Shown: positions 10,487-20,493, counted from the first letter of the stretch. The stretch: DNA of 39,725 nucleotides from Candidatus Micrarchaeota archaeon (GCA_964579265.1 CAZOFO010000005.1:2390-42114), one strand, 5' to 3'. Notes: a model not told the origin generated them from the letters alone. A program made the numbers and translations.

Positions 10487-11221
10487 ATGCAGCTACCAGT
10501 TCAAAGAGCCCTTGACAAATACGTCGAAAACATCGATAAAGTAGCACTCTTCAGCGTATTCATAGTACTGACACTGCTACTATCAATAGTTCTATCTAGT
10601 TTCATTTCAGTTGGCTCTGGATTCATAAGATTCACATCAATATACGCCGACCTCACCACATCACAACTAGCACTAATGCTAGGAGTATCAATTGCCTCGA
10701 TAATACTCATATCAATATTCCTATCCGCATTAATATCAGTTATCAAACTACAAGAAACACTTGATCACGTTACCTACAAAAAAGTAACCTCCACATTCAA
10801 AAAATACGTACTACAGATGACCTTCTTCCTAATACTAATCACAGCTACTACAATAGCCATCGGAACCATACTAACGTATATAGGAGCTCCTAGAATAATA
10901 ATACAAGCGATAATACTAATCATATGGGTACTATTCATATTTACACCACAAGTAATAGTGCTAGAGGACTTTGGATTAATAGAATCAATGAAAGACGCGG
11001 TTAAATTCATAGAAAACTATCCACAAGCCCTAGCAAAATACATAGTAGCAGGATTTATCCTGATGTTCATACTAGCTCTAATAGAAGTTGGACTAGGACA
11101 ATTCTTCGTATGGACACATCAAATAGTATCAATAATAATAGTATCTCTAGCAGTACTTCCTTTCCTGCAGATATACGCCACAGAGCTATACTTGAAGAGA
11201 TACCCTCTAACCGGGATCTAA
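10487..11221 (+). CDS. Polytopic membrane protein, hypothetical
   Basis: 244 aa, about six hydrophobic helices, no recognisable motif. Confidence 0.45.
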   Translation: MQLPVQRALDKYVENIDKVALFSVFIVLTLLLSIVLSSFISVGSGFIRFTSIYADLTTSQLALMLGVSIASIILISIFLSALISVIKLQETLDHVTYKKVTSTFKKYVLQMTFFLILITATTIAIGTILTYIGAPRIIIQAIILIIWVLFIFTPQVIVLEDFGLIESMKDAVKFIENYPQALAKYIVAGFILMFILALIEVGLGQFFVWTHQIVSIIIVSLAVLPFLQIYATELYLKRYPLTGI

Positions 11222-11251
11222 ATAACTCTCAATCACCTTAAGATTCTCTTT

Positions 11252-11401
11252 TTATAGTAAGGAACTTCCTTCATTTTTCTTTTTCTTTCTCTCCGATTTA
11301 GCGATTTTTGGACCCAGCCTGTTCACGGTTTTCACATCGCCTTCTCTCCTAGCTTTATCGTATTTTTCCTTTCTCTTCTTGTTTATATAATCCGATAGCA
11401 T
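11252..11401 (-). CDS. Candidate small basic protein, 49 aa (MLSDYINKKRKEKYDKARREGDVKTVNRLGPKIAKSERKKKKNEGSSLL). It is not in the supplied ORF track because it falls below the size cutoff.
   Basis: Hand-translated minus-strand ORF in the gap between two plus-strand genes. AGGTGG lies 6 nt upstream of the ATG, and an AT-rich TATA-like element (TATTAATATTTTAAATA) is further upstream. Coordinates are ±2 nt. Confidence 0.25.
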   Translation of the reverse strand: MLSDYINKKRKEKYDKARREGDVKTVNRLGPKIAKSERKKKKNEGSSLL

Positions 11402-11498
11402 TTGCTCCACCTATTTAAAATATTAATACTCTCTCTATATAATTCTTGGTCTATCCCCCACCAACACTTTTTAACCCCTGTGCTCTCAAAATATAACC

Positions 11499-13517
11499 AT
11501 GGATTTAGTAATAGCGGAAAAACACAGCGCGGCAAAAACACTTGCAAATATTCTTGGAAAACCAAAAAAAGTCAACAAAGGAAGAGTCAAATGCTACGAA
11601 CTGCAGGACATGGTTCTAGTGCCGTTAAGAGGACATATAAAAAATCCTGATTTCCCAGATGATTACAACAGCTGGAGAGCAACCGACCTAGAAGAATTGA
11701 TAGACGCACCAATACAATATCAAGAAACCAGGAAATCAATAGGGAACACTATAAGGCACTACGCCAAAAAAGTCGATGAATTAACCATTGCAACCGACTA
11801 CGACAGAGAAGGAGAATCAATAGGAAAAGAAGCGATCCAGATAACTAAAGAGAAAAATCCAGATATACCTATAAAAAGAGCCCGATTCAGTTCACTTACC
11901 TCAAAAGAAGTTAAAGACGCTTTCTCAAACCTCAAAGGATTTGACTGGAATCTAGCGAACTCCGCGGACGCAAGAAGAGAAATAGACCTCATATGGGGAG
12001 CAACACTAACAAGATACATATCACTAGCAGGAAATAGACTAGGAAAATCCTTCCTATCAGTTGGAAGAGTACAAACACCAACACTAGCAGAAATAGTGGA
12101 CAGAGAAAAAGAAAGAAAAGACTTCACACCAAAACCATACTGGAAACCCTGGATAAAATGCCAGAAAAACAACCAAAAATTCAAAGCAAACTACAAAAAG
12201 AAAAAAGTATTCAAAAAGAAAAAAGCAAAAGAACTCAAAGAACTAGGGCCTGGAGAAGCAGAAGTAAAAAAAGTAAAAACCACAACCTACACCAGAAAAC
12301 CACCAACACCATTCAACACAACCAAATTCCTAAGACAAGCCAGCAGCATAGGATACTCACCATCCACCGCACTCTCAATCGCAGAATCACTATACCAAGA
12401 TGGAATAATAAGCTACCCAAGAACAGACAACACTCAATACCCGGACTCACTGGATCTAAAAGATATACTCAAAAAACTCAAAAAAATCGACAGATACAAA
12501 GACTACAGCGAAAAACTCCTGAAAAAGAAACTGAAACCAACAAAAGGCAAGAAAAAATCCACTGATCACCCGCCAATACATCCAGTGAAAAAACCACATA
12601 AAGAACTAAACAAATCAGAATGGAGAATCTACCAACTAATAGCGGATAGATTCATAGCAACACTAAGCGAAAAATCCAAAGTCAAAACAATAAAATCAAA
12701 AATAGACTACGAAGAACACGAATACCGGACAAAAGGAAGGAAAATAATCAAGCCAGGATGGCAATCCATCTATCCATACAAAAAGACAAAAGAAATAGAA
12801 ACACCAAAATTAAAAGAAGGAGAACAAATAAAAGTAGAAAAGACTGGAGCAAAGAAGAAAAAGACAAAACCAAGACCAAGATACAGCTCCAACAAAATAA
12901 TAAAATACATGTCAGACAACGACCTAGGCACAAAATCCACAAGACCAAGTATATTAGACAAACTAACCAGCAGAAACTACATAACGAATGAAAAAGGATA
13001 CAAACCAACAAAAATAGCCTTCCCAGTAATAAATGCACTGGAAAAACACGCAGGAGAAATAACCAAACCAAAAATGACAGCGAAATTGAAAAAAGAAATA
13101 GATCAGGTTAAAGAAGGTAAAAAAGAAAAAGACAAAGTAGTGAAAGACTCCAGAAAAATGCTCAAAAAAGTATTGAAACAACTGGAAGAAAACAAAGACG
13201 AAGTCTCCGAAGAACTTCGAAAAGCACTCAAAAAAGAAGAAAGAATGGGAAAATGCACCAAGAAAAACTGCGACGGACAGCTAACCAAAAGAAGAAGCAG
13301 AAAAGGAAGCAGGTTTGTCGGATGTACAAACTACCCAAAATGCACCAATACCTACCCCCTACCACAGAGCGGAAGCATAGAACCACTCGGTGAAAAATGC
13401 GAAGAATGCGGATCCCCAAGGATAAAAGTATCAAAAAATAGAGGTAGAGATTACGAGATGTGTCTAGATCCAGACTGCTCTACAAAAGAATCCTGGAACA
13501 ACTCCAATGAAGATTAA
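11499..13517 (+). CDS. topA: Type IA DNA topoisomerase (archaeal topo I/III-like) with two C-terminal zinc ribbons
   Basis: TOPRIM domain (LVIAEKHSAAK…; DYDREGE), active-site Tyr motif GIISYPRTDN, and C-terminal CxxC…CxxC pairs (CTKKNCDG…CTNYPKC; CEECGS…CLDPDC). Lys-rich insert around aa 225-250. Confidence 0.9.
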   Translation: MDLVIAEKHSAAKTLANILGKPKKVNKGRVKCYELQDMVLVPLRGHIKNPDFPDDYNSWRATDLEELIDAPIQYQETRKSIGNTIRHYAKKVDELTIATDYDREGESIGKEAIQITKEKNPDIPIKRARFSSLTSKEVKDAFSNLKGFDWNLANSADARREIDLIWGATLTRYISLAGNRLGKSFLSVGRVQTPTLAEIVDREKERKDFTPKPYWKPWIKCQKNNQKFKANYKKKKVFKKKKAKELKELGPGEAEVKKVKTTTYTRKPPTPFNTTKFLRQASSIGYSPSTALSIAESLYQDGIISYPRTDNTQYPDSLDLKDILKKLKKIDRYKDYSEKLLKKKLKPTKGKKKSTDHPPIHPVKKPHKELNKSEWRIYQLIADRFIATLSEKSKVKTIKSKIDYEEHEYRTKGRKIIKPGWQSIYPYKKTKEIETPKLKEGEQIKVEKTGAKKKKTKPRPRYSSNKIIKYMSDNDLGTKSTRPSILDKLTSRNYITNEKGYKPTKIAFPVINALEKHAGEITKPKMTAKLKKEIDQVKEGKKEKDKVVKDSRKMLKKVLKQLEENKDEVSEELRKALKKEERMGKCTKKNCDGQLTKRRSRKGSRFVGCTNYPKCTNTYPLPQSGSIEPLGEKCEECGSPRIKVSKNRGRDYEMCLDPDCSTKESWNNSNED

Positions 13518-14313
13518 AATGGCTGAAGTAGAAATAGATCCACGTAAAAAAATAACCGACAACGCAGCAAAGTACTACGAAGAAAGCAAGAAATACAAAG
13601 AAAAGATAGAAGGAGCAAAAAAAGCAATCAAAGAAACCAAGAAACTGATAAAAAAAGCCAAGAAAAAAGAAAAAACCAAGGAAGAACAACTCAGAAAAAT
13701 AAAAAGAAACAATGAATGGTACAGCAAGTTCCACTGGTTCAAAACAAGCAACGATCATCTAGTAATAGCCGGAAAAAACGCGGATCAAAACGAAGAGATA
13801 GTCAAAAACTACATGGAAGAAGAAGACCTCTATTTCCACGCTGATGTACAAGGAGCACCGTCAGTGATCTTGAAAAAAGGAAAAGAAGCAGAAGAAAAAG
13901 ACCTCAGAGAAACAGCGGTATTTGCAGGAAGTTATTCTGCTGCCTGGAAACAAGGAGTGGGAACAGCGGACGTATACCAAGTAGAGCCAAATCAAGTAAA
14001 ACTAGGAGCAGAATCTGGAGAATACATGGGGAAAGGAGCATTCCTGATAAAAGGAGAAAAAAACTACTACAGGAACACAGAATTAAAAATCGCATTCACA
14101 ATACAAGAAAACGAAATCAAAGTAGCACCACCGGAAACCTTCAAAGAAAGAGAAATAAATGAACAAAAACTAGTTCTACTCCGACCAGGAGATACTGAAA
14201 AAAACAAAGCCAGCAAACAGATCAAAAAGAAACTGATAGAGAAATTCAACGTCAAGATAGATCTAAACTGGGTACTCGAAAGAATGCCACCAAACGGCTG
14301 TAGAGTAAAATAG
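13507..14313 (+). CDS. Coiled-coil plus NFACT-R (DUF814) domain protein (Rqc2/NEMF C-terminal-like, CCDC25/Jlp2-like)
   Basis: FHWFKTSNDHLVIAGKNADQNEEIVKNY…DLYFHADVQGAPSVILK matches the NFACT-R signature (W/F…G..A.QNE..V…H.GA.SV). N-terminal K/E coiled coil. The M1 start overlaps topA by 11 nt; an in-frame Met at 13519 would avoid the overlap. Confidence 0.75.
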   Translation: MKIKMAEVEIDPRKKITDNAAKYYEESKKYKEKIEGAKKAIKETKKLIKKAKKKEKTKEEQLRKIKRNNEWYSKFHWFKTSNDHLVIAGKNADQNEEIVKNYMEEEDLYFHADVQGAPSVILKKGKEAEEKDLRETAVFAGSYSAAWKQGVGTADVYQVEPNQVKLGAESGEYMGKGAFLIKGEKNYYRNTELKIAFTIQENEIKVAPPETFKEREINEQKLVLLRPGDTEKNKASKQIKKKLIEKFNVKIDLNWVLERMPPNGCRVK

Positions 14314-14370
14314 AAAATTATTAACAAATTAAAAACTACAAAAAATCAAGTAAAAGTATTGAAAAATGTA

Positions 14371-15042
14371 CTACAATCCATTAATCCCATTATGACAGAT
14401 ATCAAACCTAGCTGATTCTCCTTCTCCTCTAAAAAGATGTTTCTTAAGAACAGCTATTCTCTTCTCACCATCTCTCTTAAGCTGCACAATTATCTTAGAA
14501 GAATACTTCAATATATCTCCCCCAATAGGTCTAAATTCCTCTTCATCCGACTCAAAGTCAGAATAAACCTGATTTGTAACAAGTACTGGGATCTCGTTCT
14601 CCCTAGCAATACGAGAAAGCTCCTGAACCTGTCTACCAAGCTCCTGATTAGTTTCCCGAGCATTACCATTACCTAATTCAGGTCTATACTGCGAAGTCAA
14701 AGAATCAATAATAACCAAATCAACCTCATCTTCAATCTCCTTCAAACCATCAATAACTTTCTTCTGTTCTTCAAAACTCAAAACACGCTTGAAAAAAACC
14801 TCATCCAAGATAGAACTAGCTTCACCACCATTCAACTGCTCTAACCTTCTCTCAGAAAACCCTCCTTCAGTATCAATGTAAACAACATCCTTACCAGCAC
14901 TATGAGCACTTACCAGAGCCTGAAGACAAATATTGGTCTTCCCAGTACTAGAAGCACCGTAAAACTGATTAATCCTCTTTGGAAGAAGACCACCTCCTAA
15001 CAAAGAATCAATGGCTTCACACCCTGTTGGAACCACACTCAT
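14371..15042 (-). CDS. radB: RadB (archaeal RecA/RadA paralog)
   Basis: 223 aa. N-terminus VPTGCEAIDSLLGGG, Walker A GASSTGKT, Walker-B-like LVIIDS. Short RecA-core-only architecture typical of RadB. Confidence 0.8.
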   Translation of the reverse strand: MSVVPTGCEAIDSLLGGGLLPKRINQFYGASSTGKTNICLQALVSAHSAGKDVVYIDTEGGFSERRLEQLNGGEASSILDEVFFKRVLSFEEQKKVIDGLKEIEDEVDLVIIDSLTSQYRPELGNGNARETNQELGRQVQELSRIARENEIPVLVTNQVYSDFESDEEEFRPIGGDILKYSSKIIVQLKRDGEKRIAVLKKHLFRGEGESARFDICHNGINGL

Positions 15043-15169
15043 AAAAAATCAACCTCAATAAACTTCTACCTACCAAAATATAAAATACTTCTACAAAAAA
15101 TAAACCAAGACTAAAAGAAAAAACTAAAAAAGAACAATACCCAAAGAAAGAACAAGGAAAAAGAAAATA

Positions 15170-15178
15170 CTTTAAAAA
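15170..15178 (+). promoter_or_regulatory. Candidate archaeal TATA box (TTTAAAAAA) about 28-36 nt upstream of the cdc48 start
   Basis: AT-rich box at the expected spacing for a short-leader archaeal promoter. The whole region is AT-rich, so specificity is low. Confidence 0.25.
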
Positions 15179-15205
15179 ACAAAAATTTCTTAAAAATCTC
15201 AAAGA

Positions 15206-17365
15206 ATGATCAAAATGTCTGTAAAACTAAAAGTAGCCGAAAGCCTCCAAGATGATATGGGAAAAGGCATAGCCAGAATAGATACAAAAACAAGGAAAAA
15301 ACTAGAAGTATCAAGCGGAGATATAATAAGAATAAAAGGAGAAGAAGAAACCGTAGCAAGAGTATGGCAAGCCTACCCACAAGACGAAGACAGAGGAATC
15401 ATAAGAATGGACGGAATCGTCCGACAAAACGCAGGAGCCTCAGTAGGAGAAACAGTAGCCATAGAAAAAATAGAAGAAGTCAAAGAAGCTAAAGAGATTT
15501 CACTCGCACCCACGAAAAAAGTCAGATTCACAGGAGACTTCAAAGACTTCGCAAGAAGACATCTAAAAGGTAGACCACTATCAAAAGGAGACAAAATCTA
15601 CATATCAATATGGGGACAACCATTATTCTTCCAAGTAGTAAAAATGAAACCTAAAGAAGTTGGAAGAGTAACCGTAAATACAGAAATGAACATAATGGAA
15701 GAAACAGTAGAAGAACTGGCTGAAAAACCACAAGTAACCTACGAAGACGTAGGAGGACTCGAAGAACAAGTTCTAAAAGTCAGAGAAATGATAGAATTCC
15801 CACTAAGACACCCGGAATTATTCAAAAAGATAGGTATAGAGCCACCAAAAGGAGTACTGCTCCACGGACCACCAGGAACAGGAAAAACACTACTAGCAAA
15901 AGCAGTGGCAAACGAATCAGACGTCCATTTCACTTCAATCCAGGGACCCGAAGTAGTTTCAAAATTCGTAGGACAAGCAGAAGAAAACCTCAGAAAAATA
16001 TTCAAAAAAGCAAAAGAAAAAGCACCATCAATAATATTCATAGACGAAATAGACGCAATAGCATCCAAAAGAGACGAAGCAGTAGGAGAAGTAGAAAAAA
16101 GAATGGTAGCACAACTACTATCATTAATGGATGGAATGGAAGAAAGAGGAGACGTAATAGTAATAGGAGCAACAAACAGGCCAGATACACTTGACCCGGC
16201 ACTAAGAAGAGCAGGAAGATTCGATAGAGAAATAGAAATAGGCATACCAAGCGAAGACGAAAGAAAAGAAATCCTACAAATACACACAAGAGGAATGCCT
16301 CTATCAGATAACGTTGACCTAGACGAAATGGCAAAAAGAACACACGGATTCGTAGGATCAGACCTGGAAGCACTAGCAAGAGAAGCCGCAATGAAGACAC
16401 TAAGAAGAATATTCCCAGAAATAGACTTGGATGAAGAAGAACTACCAATAGAAGTACTGGAAGATCTAAAAGTCAAAAAAGAAGACTTTGAAGAAGCATT
16501 CAAAGAAGTACAACCATCAGCAATGAGAGAAGTATTCGTGGAAAAACCAGATGTAAAATGGAATGACATAGGAGGAATGAAAAAAGCCAAAAAAGAAGTA
16601 AGAGAAGCAATAGAATGGCCAATACAACACCCTGAAAAATTCAAAGATATAGGTATAGAGCCACCAAAAGGAATATTCCTCTACGGGCCACCAGGAACAG
16701 GAAAAACAATGTTAGCAAAAGCAGTGGCAAACGAATCAGAAGCAAACTTCATACTAGTAAACGGACCAGAACTACTAAACAAATACGTGGGAGAAAGCGA
16801 AAAAGGAGTAAGAGAAGTATTTGAAAAAGCAAGACAATCAGCACCATGTATAGTATTCTTCGATGAAATAGACTCCATAGCCCCAAAAAGAGGACAATAC
16901 CAAGGATCACACGTAACAGAGTCAGTAGTAAACCAACTTCTAACAGAAATAGATGGACTAGAAGAACTAAAAGACGTGATAGTGATAGGAGCAACAAACA
17001 GACCAGACATAGTGGATCCCGCACTACTAAGACCTGGAAGATTCAACAGAATGATAAAAACAGAAGAACCCGACCAGGAAACTAGAGAAAAAATATTAGA
17101 AGTACACATAGAAGATATGCCGATAACAAGCGATGTAGACTTAAAAGAGATCGCTGCAGAAACCAAAAATTACTCAGGAGCAGATCTAGCTGCATTAGTA
17201 CAAGAAGCAGGAATGAATGCACTAAGAGAAGAAAGAGAAGAACTAAAAGTAACCAAAAAAGACTTTGATAAAGCACTAAAAGAAGTAGAACCAAGCTTGA
17301 AAGAAATATCCATGGAACAATACAAAAACTTCAAAGAAAGCTACAAAGGAATGGAATACGCCTAA
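15206..17365 (+). CDS. cdc48: Cdc48/VCP/p97-like tandem AAA+ ATPase
   Basis: Cdc48 N-domain ([19 protein letters not shown]), two AAA cassettes with GPPGTGKT (twice), Walker B IIFIDEID / IVFFDEID and SRH regions. Confidence 0.95.
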   Translation: MIKMSVKLKVAESLQDDMGKGIARIDTKTRKKLEVSSGDIIRIKGEEETVARVWQAYPQDEDRGIIRMDGIVRQNAGASVGETVAIEKIEEVKEAKEISLAPTKKVRFTGDFKDFARRHLKGRPLSKGDKIYISIWGQPLFFQVVKMKPKEVGRVTVNTEMNIMEETVEELAEKPQVTYEDVGGLEEQVLKVREMIEFPLRHPELFKKIGIEPPKGVLLHGPPGTGKTLLAKAVANESDVHFTSIQGPEVVSKFVGQAEENLRKIFKKAKEKAPSIIFIDEIDAIASKRDEAVGEVEKRMVAQLLSLMDGMEERGDVIVIGATNRPDTLDPALRRAGRFDREIEIGIPSEDERKEILQIHTRGMPLSDNVDLDEMAKRTHGFVGSDLEALAREAAMKTLRRIFPEIDLDEEELPIEVLEDLKVKKEDFEEAFKEVQPSAMREVFVEKPDVKWNDIGGMKKAKKEVREAIEWPIQHPEKFKDIGIEPPKGIFLYGPPGTGKTMLAKAVANESEANFILVNGPELLNKYVGESEKGVREVFEKARQSAPCIVFFDEIDSIAPKRGQYQGSHVTESVVNQLLTEIDGLEELKDVIVIGATNRPDIVDPALLRPGRFNRMIKTEEPDQETREKILEVHIEDMPITSDVDLKEIAAETKNYSGADLAALVQEAGMNALREEREELKVTKKDFDKALKEVEPSLKEISMEQYKNFKESYKGMEYA

Positions 17366-17388
17366 TTATTCTTAAAATCTATTTTTAT

Positions 17389-17964
17389 CTAGAAGAAACC
17401 TGCAGGATTAAATATAAATACAAAATAAACAAAAGCGAAGAATAAAGTAACCCAAGTGAACTTACTCCAACCTAGAACCTTGTAACCATCCAAAGGCGGG
17501 AAAGGAAGCATATTAAACATCCCTAAAAACATGTTTATATGAAAGCCCCAAAAACCAAGAATTCTCAGAGAAGGAACAGTGAAGAAAATCACGAGAAAAC
17601 CAAGACCAAGTAAGAAATTAACCATTGGACCTGATAAACTGATTAAACCGTTTTCCCTAATAGTCAAATACTTCTTATGAATATACACAGCCCCAGGAGC
17701 AGCAAAAACAAAAGGAGTTAATACAGCAAAAGCTAAAGCAAGAACTAAACCTGCTATCCAAGCACGATAAACTGCTGTACAACCAAATCTTTGAGCAACT
17801 AACTTATGACCAAACTCATGAAGCATAAAAGCAAGTCCAACAGTTAAGAAAACCGTTAATAAACCTACTTCAGTTCCTGTTTTAATCAAAATTATGTAGA
17901 AAGCTACCGTTATAGTTAAAATTGAAATAGCTAAATGAACTAACTCGGTCTTCTCAAATTGCAT
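17389..17964 (-). CDS. Small membrane HExxH metalloprotease (site-2 protease / M50-like)
   Basis: HEFGHKLVAQRFG embedded in a hydrophobic helix, four to five TM segments, 191 aa. Confidence 0.55.
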   Translation of the reverse strand: MQFEKTELVHLAISILTITVAFYIILIKTGTEVGLLTVFLTVGLAFMLHEFGHKLVAQRFGCTAVYRAWIAGLVLALAFAVLTPFVFAAPGAVYIHKKYLTIRENGLISLSGPMVNFLLGLGFLVIFFTVPSLRILGFWGFHINMFLGMFNMLPFPPLDGYKVLGWSKFTWVTLFFAFVYFVFIFNPAGFF

Positions 17965-18084
17965 GTATAAAATAAATTCTTCCCCAAATAAAAAACTATC
18001 TAAAACACAATAACTAATGAAGAAACTCTTTTTAACCTAAAAAACTAGAAAAATCCACCTAAATAACAATGAGAAAATAGAAAT

Positions 18085-18720
18085 ATGAAAAAAGGGTTTT
18101 TAGCTACTGCAATACTGCTAATCTCCATAACCATAGTACACCAAGCGGCAATCACCCAAAACATCATAAGACAAAAAACGCTGGAAACAAAGAATACAAT
18201 TAGATTACATCGAAAAACCCAGGAAACACGTTATCAATTAACTCAAGGATTCAAATCCTCAATTAAAGAATCATTAAAGAAAACACAAGGAGAAAAACCT
18301 ATAATAAGAGAGCAAAAAGCCTGTAAAGAAGTAAAAGAGTGGTTTAATGAAGTAAAAGAATCTAAAAAAGAAAAAAATATACAAATAGAGCTAAAAGCAG
18401 GTTATATAGATAAAAAAACCTATGAATACAATAAAGAGCTAGAATACATAGGAAAATCATTCAAAATAATACAATCAAAGCTTAAAAAGAACCCAAAAGA
18501 AGTACTAGAAGAAATAGACGCAGAAGCAACTCTTTGCACTAACTACCTATCCATAAAAGAAGAAAAACCAGAAGCAAAAGTGAAAGATAACAACTATCTT
18601 AGACGGGAAATCACAGGTGTAATAGATAAAGAACCAGTTTACCTGTTCAAACTAAAAAAAGGAAACTTGAAACAAAAAGTAGTGATCCCTGGAGGAACCA
18701 AAATCAATGTAGAGGCCTAA
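18085..18720 (+). CDS. Secreted or membrane-anchored protein; first gene of the plus-strand prepilin-like cluster
   Basis: N-terminus MKKG|FLATAILLISITIV (basic residues, Gly, then a hydrophobic helix), with a K/E-rich globular remainder. Confidence 0.45.
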   Translation: MKKGFLATAILLISITIVHQAAITQNIIRQKTLETKNTIRLHRKTQETRYQLTQGFKSSIKESLKKTQGEKPIIREQKACKEVKEWFNEVKESKKEKNIQIELKAGYIDKKTYEYNKELEYIGKSFKIIQSKLKKNPKEVLEEIDAEATLCTNYLSIKEEKPEAKVKDNNYLRREITGVIDKEPVYLFKLKKGNLKQKVVIPGGTKINVEA

Positions 18721-18740
18721 AAACCAAACCAAGATAAAAA

Positions 18741-19109
18741 ATGAAAAGAAAAAACCCAAGAGCACAAATCACTCTAGAATTCCTAATAGCTATAACTGCT
18801 TACATACTAATAACAATAGGAACACTCCAGATACATGGACAAACACAGACAAAACTAGAAGAAGAAAAGATAAGATCAGAAAACTATAGAGAAATATCAA
18901 AAACCTCTGAATCATGTACATATCAATACTTCCACGGTCCATCAATACAAAAAAACAAAAATAGAACACAACCTACGGAAACAAACCAAAATAAACTTAT
19001 AAAAAAGTCCAACAAATCAAAAATTGCTGTAGAAACATTCTCACCTGAAATCACGCTTACAGAAAATAAAATAAAATGCAAATCAATCAAACCATGGTAC
19101 CTGAAATAA
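18741..19109 (+). CDS. Class III signal peptide (archaeal type IV pilin-like) protein
   Basis: MKRKNPRA|QITLEFLIAITAYILITIG is a [KR]-[GA]-Q-I-x-x-E pattern followed by a hydrophobic helix, as in EpdE/PibD substrates. 122 aa. Confidence 0.55.
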   Translation: MKRKNPRAQITLEFLIAITAYILITIGTLQIHGQTQTKLEEEKIRSENYREISKTSESCTYQYFHGPSIQKNKNRTQPTETNQNKLIKKSNKSKIAVETFSPEITLTENKIKCKSIKPWYLK

Positions 19110-19621
19110 AACTAAACCAAAAAGCACAAATACCAAGCCTAGATACAGCTACATCAATCATAACAATCCTTTTCATAGTATCCCTAACAACAACTCATTC
19201 CTACAACATACTTAACAGATCAGAAAACAAAGAAGAAAGAATAAACCTACAGAAAAAACTATACTTTGCCACAGAGTCACTGATAACAACCCCTGGAGAA
19301 CCAAAAGACTGGCACAAAACTGAAAAAACAGAAAGAATCGGATTAGCCAAATACAAAGAAAACACAGTAAAAAATCATGAATTAAACCCAACCAAAATCC
19401 AAGAACTACAAGAAAAACCAATAGAAAAAATAAAAAAATCACTCGCACTAACAAAAAAAGAAATAGAACTAAAGATAACTAAAATGAATGGAAAAAAGAT
19501 ACTGAAAAAAACAGAAATAGAAAATAAAAGCATAAACACAGTTCAAATAAAAAGAATAGCTCTAATAGAAGATGAAAAACATATCATTACACTCAAAGCA
19601 AAAAATACAAATAAAAAATGA
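19076..19621 (+). CDS. Possible pilin-like protein (start uncertain; M at 19094 is an alternative)
   Basis: …NQKA|QIPSLDTATSIITILFIVSL is a KAQI motif plus hydrophobic segment. It overlaps the previous gene's 3' end. Confidence 0.4.
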   Translation: MQINQTMVPEIKLNQKAQIPSLDTATSIITILFIVSLTTTHSYNILNRSENKEERINLQKKLYFATESLITTPGEPKDWHKTEKTERIGLAKYKENTVKNHELNPTKIQELQEKPIEKIKKSLALTKKEIELKITKMNGKKILKKTEIENKSINTVQIKRIALIEDEKHIITLKAKNTNKK

Positions 19622-19628
19622 ATCAAAA

Positions 19629-19937
19629 ATGAACAAAAAAGCATTTACATTAACAACAGAAGCCATACTATGCCTGACAATACTTCTAATCTCACTGAAC
19701 TCTATTGAACAAGAAAAACATCCTGCTCTAACCGAAGAAATATCACAATTACAAGCGCAGGACATAGTTGAAACATGTATAGCTAAACAAGAACCCAAAA
19801 AACAATGTTTCCAGAAAATAGAAAAAATAAATCCCTCATTAGAGTACAGCAAAGAAGGGAAAATAACCGTAAAAAGAACAATAGAAGGTGAAAATAAAGA
19901 AATAAACTTCAAAAAGAATTTAAAAACCCCTAGATAA
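19629..19937 (+). CDS. Pilin-like protein (probable true start is the internal Met of track ORF 19572..19937)
   Basis: MNKKA|FTLTTEAILCLTILLISL has a short basic N-terminus, A/F junction, Glu at +6 and a hydrophobic helix. Starting at 19629 avoids overlap with the upstream gene that ends at 19621. Confidence 0.45.
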   Translation: MNKKAFTLTTEAILCLTILLISLNSIEQEKHPALTEEISQLQAQDIVETCIAKQEPKKQCFQKIEKINPSLEYSKEGKITVKRTIEGENKEINFKKNLKTPR

Positions 19938-20270
19938 CCTCACAAATAATTTATCCTCTTCAAAAGACAGATCACAGTTCTCATTAATCTCCAAATCAGT
20001 AGAAAAATCACCATAACTTATATTTACTTTTCCCCCCTTATCCTCCACTTTAATACCTGGATTCATATCAATAGAAACAGAACCACCCGTAGTAAGAACC
20101 TCATCACACGCAATTGAAACATCTCTAGCAATAGAATCAACCTGAGCACTTCTAACAGATTCCTCTGATAAACTTCTTACCCTCGATAAAATAGGCAAGA
20201 TCCCTAGTAACACGCTTAAACCAATCGAGAAAACAATTAAATACTCCAAAGAAATCTGACCATTCTCCAT
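19920..20270 (-). CDS. Class III signal peptide (pilin-like) protein (probable start at internal Met 19 of the track ORF)
   Basis: MENG|QISLEYLIVFSIGLSVLLGI with GAGGTTG upstream. Third gene of the minus-strand pilin operon. Confidence 0.5.
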   Translation of the reverse strand: MENGQISLEYLIVFSIGLSVLLGILPILSRVRSLSEESVRSAQVDSIARDVSIACDEVLTTGGSVSIDMNPGIKVEDKGGKVNISYGDFSTDLEINENCDLSFEEDKLFVRLSRGF

Positions 20271-20289
20271 AACTGAAACAACCTCAACC

Positions 20290-20493
20290 CTACTTCCACT
20301 TAGCAATCTCTCCTTGATAATCAAACAATCTTTCTACCTCCTTCATCAGAGCCTCCTCTGCTTCTCCTGAAAAAGAATCCAATCCACTTATCAAAACAAC
20401 TGATATCGCTAAAAGAGCAGCCATAACCACTATCAACTCAGCAGAAATCTGAGCCCTATTATCTCCCCATAGATCCATCATAATCACCTTCAA
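20290..20493 (-). CDS. Short archaeal type IV pilin-like protein (about 60-67 aa)
   Basis: …GDNRA|QISAELIVVMAALLAISVVL, closely resembling short EpdE-type pilins (K/R-G/A-Q-I-x-x-E-L). The ATGA start/stop overlap with the upstream gene implies operon coupling. Confidence 0.65.
   Translation of the reverse strand: MKVIMMDLWGDNRAQISAELIVVMAALLAISVVLISGLDSFSGEAEEALMKEVERLFDYQGEIAKWK

Noticed and set aside
12158-12991. Plus-strand ORFs 12158-12565 and 12758-12991 with K/R/Q-rich products
   Set aside because: Both sit inside the topA reading frame region, which has clear TOPRIM and active-site Tyr motifs in its own frame. They are out-of-frame products of the Lys-rich insert.
15739-17166. Long minus-strand ORFs (301 aa and 161 aa, Ser/Phe-rich) opposite cdc48
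   Set aside because: They are antisense to a gene with unmistakable tandem AAA motifs. Their composition (S, F and L runs) is what the reverse complement of K/E-rich coding produces.
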